Virus record (IMG/VR): IMGVR_UViG_3300037786_000031
Coordinates: 1-26,612 of that record
Direction: 5' to 3' (one strand)
DNA from: a virus
Lineage: Duplodnaviria; Caudoviricetes
DNA: 26,612 nt
Position numbers and translations under genes: made by a program. Every line of letters begins with the position of its first letter. The stretch's first letter is position 1. The notes under the pieces were generated by a model. That model did not search any database, was not told the DNA's origin, and saw nothing but the letters and a program-made list of their open reading frames with translations. Positions 1 through 7,025 of this stretch are shown piece after piece.

Positions 1-444
1 CATGGCTGGGATATGGCCTCATCGATGCACGCGTCGGGCGGAAATTCCGTTTTTATTGCTATGGCGTTCACTGACGATCAAGGACAAAACGTTACCTCAG
101 ACCTGAGAGATACGATCCGAAATTGTTGCGAGGACTTAGGTTGGGACCCCATTATTGTCGACGAAGTGCAACACAATGACGGCATAATGGACAAAGTCAT
201 TGCAGAAATCAATAACGCTCGATTTGTAATTAGTGATCTTACGTATCAGAAATCAGGGGTCTACTATGAAGCCGGCTATGCCAAGGGGCGAGGTCTCGAG
301 GTTATCCATTGTGTAAAGCAAGATGACCTAAGCAACTGCCACTTTGATGTTAAACACTTGAACCTCGTAGTTTGGAATGATCTAGAGGAGCTTCGCGAAA
401 AGCTCATGAATCGAATTCAAGCAACAGTAGGTGTTAAAAATTAG
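1..444 (+). CDS. Nucleoside 2-deoxyribosyltransferase-like (NDT/TIR-like Rossmann) domain protein, probably 5'-truncated by the window edge
   Basis: Motifs VFIAMAF, I..ARFVISDLT, SGVYYEAGYA.G and HFDV.H. The frame is open from base 1 (HGWDMASS...), so the real start is probably upstream. Confidence 0.75.
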   Translation, partial: HGWDMASSMHASGGNSVFIAMAFTDDQGQNVTSDLRDTIRNCCEDLGWDPIIVDEVQHNDGIMDKVIAEINNARFVISDLTYQKSGVYYEAGYAKGRGLEVIHCVKQDDLSNCHFDVKHLNLVVWNDLEELREKLMNRIQATVGVKN

Positions 445-447
445 GCT

Positions 448-469
448 GGGACACTTTTGGGACACTTTT
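448..469. repeat. Tandem 11-bp direct repeat GGGACACTTTT x2, candidate integrase arm-type sites
   Basis: Exact copies at 448-458 and 459-469, about 150 bp from the tRNA-derived att core. Confidence 0.55.
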
Positions 470-490
470 CAAGTTTTCCAGAGGTCAAAC

Positions 491-519
491 GAGATCCCTC
501 GGCTTCGCCTCAGGATGAC
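491..519. repeat. Partial REP-like element (GAGATCCCTCGGCTTCGCCTCAGGATGAC)
   Basis: Resembles the GATCCTTCG...CTCAGGATGAC class of extragenic palindromic repeats. Single copy in the window. Confidence 0.4.
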
Positions 520-545
520 GAAGCAGGGCTGGGAACACCCCAAAC

Positions 546-590
546 GAAAAAACCCGGAAGCCAGCCTGCAACTGAACTTCCGGGTTTTTC
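546..590 (-). terminator. Intrinsic terminator-like hairpin downstream of the tRNA fragment
   Basis: AAAAACCCGGAAG (548-560) pairs with CTTCCGGGTTTTT (577-589). A/T tracts on both sides make it potentially bidirectional. Confidence 0.6.
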
Positions 591-618
591 TCGTTCCCAA
601 ACTTTTTCTGAGTAAGCC

Positions 619-663
619 TGGTGGGGATGGGTGGACTCGAACCACCGACCTCACGCTTATCAG
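619..663 (-). mobile_element. att site: 3' half of tRNA-Ile(GAU), not a full tRNA
   Basis: Reverse complement is CTGATAAGCGTGAGGTCGGTGGTTCGAGTCCACCCATCCCCACCA: anticodon loop (GAT), T arm, acceptor 3' strand and CCA. No D arm or 5' acceptor strand upstream. Confidence 0.88.
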
Positions 664-927
664 AATTCCTGATAATCCAATTTATTTAGCAAAACAGGGA
701 AATTACAGTTTAACGAAAATATTTAAGCAGCCATTTTCCTGATTGACTCGTGAAGAAATTTAATAACGCATCCTTTCGAAAAAATTCTCAAATCACCCTC
801 ACCATCAAATCCGCTCCTATCAAGGGTTTGAAGAGCAGACATCGGTACCGAAAAAGACCGACAAAAATTTTCCTCTTGGAAAAAGGAAAAGATAATGTCT
901 ATGTTTGAGCGGTAATTGGCTTTTGGT

Positions 928-1048
928 GGAAGTGAGAGTTCGCACCTCCCACTTCCTGGACAACGGAGCCTAGCAATCTCGACAAAGTAGGCCCCGCCAT
1001 CCTAGGCGGAGAATAATCGCATTTTGCCTAATGCACAAGACTTGCTAG
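928..1048 (+). promoter_or_regulatory. Structured leader upstream of the rep gene
   Basis: Hairpin 928-956 (GGAAGTGAGAG/CTCCCACTTCC), GCCTA/TAGGC 968-992, CCGCC/GGCGG 994-1009, and an alternative pairing CTAGCAA (970)/TTGCTAG (1042). Confidence 0.35.
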
Positions 1049-1075
1049 TTGCTCCCTCAAGGATTGAGGGAAACC

Positions 1076-2263
1076 ATGTCAGAATCTCCCAAGTATTACC
1101 CACCAGATCATGACGTTTTTAAAGGAGGAAGATACCTCGAGGCCCTATCGTGTCTTGAAGACATAGATCACTATGAACTGGCGATTCTTCAGTATTTGGG
1201 CTCAAAGATGCCCTTCGACAAAGGATTTATTGACCGAGTCGCCTTCCCCTCAGTTTCGACCATCTCGCATGCCACGAAGATCTCTGAATCGACCGTTCGA
1301 AAGAAAATCAAATCGCTGGTTGGGAAAGGATACGTCAAAAAACGCGAGCGCCGACTGATGAACGAGCGCGGTCATTGGCAGCAATCGAGCAACGATTACT
1401 CGCTAACTTCCCTGGCTTTCGAAAAATACGAAGATGTCATAGAGACAAGGCGCCAAATTGCTTGTCAGCGTAAAAGAGCCGTTGGCGAATCTTTTGTATG
1501 CCCGTCTGGGCCCTGTTTTGAGGCTAGGCCCCCTCTTAAAGCTGTTGAGGTGGGGGAATCCGATGGTGATACGGGGGACCACCGCCAGCAAGAGACTAAT
1601 TCCCCAGCTAACTCCCCAAATGAAGATCCGAATGAATCTCCTTATTCTTACTCTGAGCGCGACGAGGAGACCCGCAAACAGGAGGTCAATCGACTTGTCA
1701 GGGATTGGGAAGAAGTCGTCAAAAAGCCTGTCTCCACATTTGAGAAACGTCGATTCCAGCGGGATTACATCCGCATCAGATCCTCTGAAGCCCTAATCCT
1801 TGAGCGAATCGAAAAGATCAAATATGACCCATATCTTCTTGAGCGAGCCAAAAGTATAAATTGGTTGCTTTCGGGCTTTGAGATGGCCCTTAAAAATAAG
1901 CTCGAGATCCAAAAACAGGGCCATAGAGCGCTTGAAACGGTGAAAAGTCCCCCTGAGCTTCAGGAGCTTGAAGGGGAGCTGCCTGCCTTCATCCAAGCCC
2001 AGTCTATGAATTTTGCAAATCCGACCCAGGTGATTATTGATTCGCTGTTTGGCGATTCGATCAAAAAGGCTAAAGCCAGGGTTGGCGGCACACCTCCTGG
2101 CAATATGGCCGAACTGAACCAGGCGATCGAGACGGCCATCGAATCCAACGCCTCTGAAAAAAATAAGCAGCGCCTCAGGGATCTGAAAAATATGCTGCCT
2201 TCGATGCATTTTTCAGCCGCCCACGATCTCTTTCTGAAATATTCAGAGGGGGCGCCAGCATGA
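1076..2263 (+). CDS. HTH_36-type winged-helix replication initiator-like protein
   Basis: FPSVSTISHATKISESTVRKKIKSLVGKGYV...QQSSNDYSL is the typical HTH_36 initiator N-terminus, followed by a low-complexity linker. ATG at 1076 follows GAGGG. Confidence 0.7.
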   Translation: MSESPKYYPPDHDVFKGGRYLEALSCLEDIDHYELAILQYLGSKMPFDKGFIDRVAFPSVSTISHATKISESTVRKKIKSLVGKGYVKKRERRLMNERGHWQQSSNDYSLTSLAFEKYEDVIETRRQIACQRKRAVGESFVCPSGPCFEARPPLKAVEVGESDGDTGDHRQQETNSPANSPNEDPNESPYSYSERDEETRKQEVNRLVRDWEEVVKKPVSTFEKRRFQRDYIRIRSSEALILERIEKIKYDPYLLERAKSINWLLSGFEMALKNKLEIQKQGHRALETVKSPPELQELEGELPAFIQAQSMNFANPTQVIIDSLFGDSIKKAKARVGGTPPGNMAELNQAIETAIESNASEKNKQRLRDLKNMLPSMHFSAAHDLFLKYSEGAPA

Positions 2264-3032
2264 CTAAGGCTGAAAAACGTCAGAAAAACCGCGAGTATTA
2301 TCTGAAAAGGAAAGAAGAGTTGAAAAGACGGGCCCGCGAGCGTTATCAGCGGCTGAAATTAGTCGAAGAGGGTGCAGGCCAGCCTGAGAGCACCTATAGC
2401 GATCAGAAGAAGTCCGAGGCTGATCAATCGACTGAGCAGCCTTGGCTGAAAAAAAATGATGCTAACGGGCACTCGGATCAGCCGATTACAACCTCAGAAG
2501 GCGCCAAGTCGGTTTTGCTCGGATCCTGGTCTGAAAATTTTTATCCGCGGATTGAAATGAACATTCAATTTTCAGAGTCCATCAAACCTTCAGAATTTTC
2601 AGCCACGAAGAAGGCGTCTGTAGAATCGGCCGATTCTGAAAAATCTGGAGGCCCTGAAAGTCGCTTAAAAAAGATCTCCATATTTTTCAGGCTCCTTTTT
2701 TCAGTTTTTCTCACGGGATTACTCGTTTATCTTCAGTACGAATTTTACCGCGACCATGACACCTCACAATATCCGCTCCTTCTGGCGATTGCTTGCGAGC
2801 TGAGCTTGGTGTATTTGGCGGTCACGAAGCTTCAGAGCCGTTGGGTGGACTGGATAAGGAAGATGACGTATGGCCTCGTTTTTTCTTACGTCATAGGCTC
2901 TCTTGGATTTCATGTTTTCAGTGAGTCGAGATTGAAGGCCATGGACAATCCAGCGTCTCTGAACATAGCAGCTACAGAATCAACGTCTACCCAGCGAGAA
3001 GAGCTTATACGGCGGCTGAAAATTGCTGAAAA
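2154..3032. repeat. Dispersed array of CTGAAAA/TTTTCAG 7-mers
   Basis: 15 exact copies counted by eye at 2154, 2183, 2210, 2270, 2302, 2446, 2531, 2569, 2596, 2636, 2684, 2698, 2915, 3016 and 3026, in both orientations. Confidence 0.75.
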
Positions 3033-3261
3033 AGCACTTTCAGAAGCTACACGACATGGCTCGTGGGACAATATGGAATTCTTTGGCAAGCAGGTCGCAC
3101 GTCTGCGCAGCAAGGTAGATAATTTGCCAAAAGAAAAGGTCTTGGGAACCACTGCAAGTGCGATGGCATTGGCTTCAGGGCTTCTGCTTATAATCTTGAG
3201 AGCGGCGCTTGTGATTGTTAATTCTTTAAATACCTATAGCATTCTAGAATCATTTCCATGA
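2260..3261 (+). CDS. Hypothetical membrane protein with a basic N-terminal helix and about 4 hydrophobic segments
   Basis: ATGA overlap with rep. N-terminus AEKRQKNREYYLKRKEELKRRARERYQR; hydrophobic stretches IFFRLLFSVFLTGLLVYL, LLLAIACELSLVYLAV, YGLVFSYVIGSLGFHVF and MALASGLLLIILRAALVIV. Confidence 0.75.
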   Translation: MTKAEKRQKNREYYLKRKEELKRRARERYQRLKLVEEGAGQPESTYSDQKKSEADQSTEQPWLKKNDANGHSDQPITTSEGAKSVLLGSWSENFYPRIEMNIQFSESIKPSEFSATKKASVESADSEKSGGPESRLKKISIFFRLLFSVFLTGLLVYLQYEFYRDHDTSQYPLLLAIACELSLVYLAVTKLQSRWVDWIRKMTYGLVFSYVIGSLGFHVFSESRLKAMDNPASLNIAATESTSTQREELIRRLKIAEKALSEATRHGSWDNMEFFGKQVARLRSKVDNLPKEKVLGTTASAMALASGLLLIILRAALVIVNSLNTYSILESFP

Positions 3262-3692
3262 ATCTGTCCCAGATTCTCTTGGAATGGGGAGAATATTACA
3301 CGGACCAATTTGAAACCTGACTCGGGCATCAAGTGTATCAGATTAGCTACCTTTAATTATCTACCAACACCGCCATTTTTGCTGGTCTTAGTAGCTAGTT
3401 AACAGAAATTAAGGACAACTTTGAGGGGCAAGGGGATCCCGGATTGTTTCCACATTTGTTTTTGGTAAAAACGACAAAAAACTACTTTTTTTTGATCACG
3501 AATCTTTTTGAGAAAGCCTTTTCTCGCAGTTTAGTCCGTAAAAGTGAAAAGGAAATCCTCAAAGCCTTGAAAGAAGCGGAACCCAAAATTCAATTGGCAA
3601 GGCGTCGAGGTAAAATCTATGAGCCAGATAAGGGTCCGTTTCGCAGAGTGATTAAAGCTTTCCCGATTGATTGCGGTTTGAGTTTTGTCTGA
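3258..3692 (+). pseudogene. Probable degraded third gene of the rep operon
   Basis: ATG 3258 overlaps the upstream TGA and is in frame with ORF 3444-3692, with three in-frame stops (TGA, TAA, TAG) in between. Confidence 0.4.
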
Positions 3693-3949
3693 TTGAGAGG
3701 AACTAGGATCAGACTGTGATATTAATTTGGCATAATTAGTCTTTTTCGATAGAATAAAACATTGTTTCAATTTTCTATGCGACAGATTTCCTGAAACTGG
3801 GGGCTTGAGTACTTGGTCCTTTGAGAGAAAGTGTTTTTGATATATCGTTTGTGGCGATCAGAAAATGTTTGAGAAAGCGTTCGATAGAAACGAAAGTTTT
3901 TCAGTACCTATAAATATAAAAACATGTGTGTATTAGAGCAGTAGGTGAG

Positions 3950-6900
3950 ATGGAAAATAGATTTTTTAAGGAACCAATTTTAAACTCTCCATATGAATGT
4001 CCCGACAAGCATTGGGAGCTAGACAGCAACGGGCAACCTACACAACAAATTATTGAGAGACGTAGACTAGCTCAATTCATAACTCCAATTCCAAGGCCAC
4101 GCAATAAGAAGAAGGATGACAAGGTTCAAAGACAGCTTGAGTTTGGGGAGACAGAGGGCCTTTCAGACGGAGAGCAGCAGTATGATCCGACGTCTCTAGT
4201 TAATCAAATAAGAGAAAAAATTGAAGCTTGGCGGACGCTGCCAAACCCATCCGACTGGAAGGTAACACCAGAAACAGCCCGTATTCTTCAACATTGGAGA
4301 ACCCACAAATTTAGTAGTCTGCGCCCGTTCTTTTGTCAAATTGAAGCCGTGGAAACTGCCATATGGTTGACCGAAGTCGCTCCCCAAAGTGGCAAGTCTG
4401 GAAAAGTAATTCTGGACTACCTTAAAAGCGCCAACCACGATGCCAACCCAGATCTGTTTCGTATAGCTCTAAAATTGGCAACGGGTGCGGGTAAAACTAC
4501 TGTTATGGCAATGCTGATCGCGTGGCAAACAGTAAACGCTGTTAGAAGGCCGCAGAGCAAAAAATTTACTCGTGGATTCTTAGTAGTAGCACCAGGCTTA
4601 ACCATTCGAGATCGCCTTAGAGTTCTTTTGCCAAACGATCTCGATAGTTACTACGCAAGTCGCGAAATTGTACCTACAGATATGCTCGAAGACTTAAATC
4701 GAGCCAAAATAGTTATCACCAACTATCATGCTTTCAAGTTACGAGAAAAGATCGACATATCGAAGGGTGGTCGATCTTTACTTCAGGGGCGGGGTGATCC
4801 CCTCAATACGATTGAAACTGAAGGCCAGATGTTACAACGCGTGATGCCAGACCTCATGGGGATGAAAAACGTGCTGGTTCTCAATGACGAGGCGCATCAT
4901 TGCTATAGAGAAAAGCCCAGCGACGATAATGATGTTGCTCAGCTAAAGGGTGATGAAAAGAAGGAAGCGGAGAAGAACCGCGAAGCTGCCCGCCTTTGGA
5001 TTACTGGCTTAGAGACTGTTAAGAAAAAGCTTGGCGTTAATACAGTTTTTGATCTGTCAGCGACTCCTTTCTTTTTGAGTGGTTCCGGATACGTGGAAGG
5101 CACATTGTTTCCCTGGACCGTCAGTGACTTTTCTTTCATGGACGCGATTGAGTGCGGAATCGTAAAGCTTCCAAGGGTTCCAGTCGCTGATAATATTCCC
5201 GGTTACGATGTGCCGATGTACCGAAATCTATGGGAACACATACGAAAAAAAATGCCCAAAAAAGGGCGCGGCAAAGGTGCGAAGCTTGATCCATTGAGCT
5301 TGCCTCCTCAACTTCAAACCGCTCTTGAAGCTTTGTACGGACACTATGAACAAACATTCGAATTGTGGAAGGATGCGGGGATCCGAGTACCGCCATGCTT
5401 TATCGTTGTTTGTAACAACACAGCAACGTCGAAGCTGGTATACGACTTCATTTCTGGATTTCACTATGAAACCTCAGATGGAGACAGTAAATGGCAAAAT
5501 GGCCGATTTCCTTTATTCAGAAATTTCGATGACAATGGGAACCCACTCGCCCGGCCCAATACACTTTTGATTGACAGTGAGCAGCTAGAATCAGGCGATG
5601 CGCTCGATAAAAATTTTCGCTCGATGGCATCTGATGAAATCGAACAGTTTCGTAGAGAAATTGTCGAAAGAACTGGAGACGCCAGACAGGCTGAAAATAT
5701 TACAGACCAAGAACTTCTCCGTGAAGTGATGAATACTGTGGGGAAAGAAGGAAGACTTGGAGGCGGGATTAGGTGTGTCGTCTCCGTTTCGATGTTGACC
5801 GAAGGTTGGGATGCAAACACAGTTACTCACGTTTTGGGGGTAAGGGCTTTCGGGACCCAGCTTCTTTGTGAACAAGTTATTGGGCGTGCGTTGAGACGAC
5901 AATCCTATGACCTCAATGAAGAGGGAAAATTCAATGTCGAGTATGCTGATGTTTTGGGCATTCCGTTCGACTTTACTGCGGAGCCAGTAGTATCGCATCC
6001 TCAGCCACCAAGAGAAACTGTGCATGTACATGCGGTTTCACCTGAGCGTGATCATCTTGAGATTCGTTTTCCCAGAGTAGCAGGCTACAGAATTGAACTA
6101 CCAGAAGAACGATTGAAGGCGAATTTTACTGACGATTCGACTTTGGAGCTAACGCCAGATCTAGTTGGTGCTACTGAGACTCGAAATTCGGGAATCATTG
6201 GTGAGTCGGCGGACCTTAGCCTTGTTCATACTGGTGATGTTAGGCCATCGCAGGTTCTGTACAAACTGGTTTCACACTTAATCCTGACGAAATGGCGAGA
6301 CCCCGGTGAAGAACCAAAGTTATTTCTCTTTGGGCAACTAAAAAGAATTACAAGACAGTGGATCGATAATTACCTGATTTGTAAAAGTGGGACTTACCCA
6401 GCTCAGCTTGAGTACAAAATGTTGGCCGATATGGCCTGCGAAAAGATAACAAAGGCAATCGTCAGTAGATTTGAAGGGGGCCGTCCGATCACCGTTGTAC
6501 TTGATCCCTACAATCAAGTTGGTTCGACAAAGAACGTGGGTTTCAACACCTCACGTGCCAATCGGTGGGAAACGGACAGCCGAAAATGCCACGTCAATTG
6601 GGCGATCTTGGATAGCGATTGGGAAGGTGAATTTTGCCGTGTCGTAGAGAAGCATCCCGCAGTTCGTGCCTACGTCAAAAACCACAATATGGGATTTGAT
6701 GTTCCTTATAGATTCGGCTCTGAAACCCGCAAGTACATCCCTGACTTTATTGTTCTTGTTGATGACGGGAAGGGAGATGACGACCTCCTTCAATTGATCG
6801 TTGAGGTCAAAGGTTACCGCCGCGAAGACGCTAAAGAGAAGAAATCTACTATGGACACGTATTGGATTCCCGGCGTGAATCATTCCAAGAAGTTTGGGCG

Positions 6901-7024
6901 CTGGGCATTTGCTGAATTTACTGATGCCTATCTGATGGAAGAAGAATTTGAAAAGAAAGTGGAATCTGAGTTTGGAAAATTGATTGAAAAAGTTACTGCT
7001 GCATCAATTGTGCAAGGAGGATGA
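3950..7024 (+). CDS. res: Type III restriction-like Res subunit (SF2 helicase plus C-terminal PD-(D/E)xK nuclease; BPTD_3080-like)
   Basis: Walker A LATGAGKT, DEAHH, SAT, MLTEGWD, EQVIGRALRR and nuclease motif YIPDFIV...IVEVKG. ATG at 3950 follows AGGTG. Confidence 0.88.
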   Translation: MENRFFKEPILNSPYECPDKHWELDSNGQPTQQIIERRRLAQFITPIPRPRNKKKDDKVQRQLEFGETEGLSDGEQQYDPTSLVNQIREKIEAWRTLPNPSDWKVTPETARILQHWRTHKFSSLRPFFCQIEAVETAIWLTEVAPQSGKSGKVILDYLKSANHDANPDLFRIALKLATGAGKTTVMAMLIAWQTVNAVRRPQSKKFTRGFLVVAPGLTIRDRLRVLLPNDLDSYYASREIVPTDMLEDLNRAKIVITNYHAFKLREKIDISKGGRSLLQGRGDPLNTIETEGQMLQRVMPDLMGMKNVLVLNDEAHHCYREKPSDDNDVAQLKGDEKKEAEKNREAARLWITGLETVKKKLGVNTVFDLSATPFFLSGSGYVEGTLFPWTVSDFSFMDAIECGIVKLPRVPVADNIPGYDVPMYRNLWEHIRKKMPKKGRGKGAKLDPLSLPPQLQTALEALYGHYEQTFELWKDAGIRVPPCFIVVCNNTATSKLVYDFISGFHYETSDGDSKWQNGRFPLFRNFDDNGNPLARPNTLLIDSEQLESGDALDKNFRSMASDEIEQFRREIVERTGDARQAENITDQELLREVMNTVGKEGRLGGGIRCVVSVSMLTEGWDANTVTHVLGVRAFGTQLLCEQVIGRALRRQSYDLNEEGKFNVEYADVLGIPFDFTAEPVVSHPQPPRETVHVHAVSPERDHLEIRFPRVAGYRIELPEERLKANFTDDSTLELTPDLVGATETRNSGIIGESADLSLVHTGDVRPSQVLYKLVSHLILTKWRDPGEEPKLFLFGQLKRITRQWIDNYLICKSGTYPAQLEYKMLADMACEKITKAIVSRFEGGRPITVVLDPYNQVGSTKNVGFNTSRANRWETDSRKCHVNWAILDSDWEGEFCRVVEKHPAVRAYVKNHNMGFDVPYRFGSETRKYIPDFIVLVDDGKGDDDLLQLIVEVKGYRREDAKEKKSTMDTYWIPGVNHSKKFGRWAFAEFTDAYLMEEEFEKKVESEFGKLIEKVTAASIVQGG

Positions 7025-7025
7025 T

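Noticed and set aside
619-663. Functional tRNA-Ile gene
   Set aside because: The 5' acceptor strand and D arm are absent.
431-742. ORFs 431-742 (+) and 469-654 (-)
   Set aside because: They are translations of the tRNA fragment, hairpin and att repeats.
876-905. Sigma70 promoter TTGGAA-N18-TATGTT for rep
   Set aside because: Weak match with suboptimal spacing in AT-rich DNA; not supportable from sequence alone.
3745-3889. TTCGATAGAA occurring twice upstream of res
   Set aside because: Two 10-mers in AT-rich DNA are too weak to call an operator.
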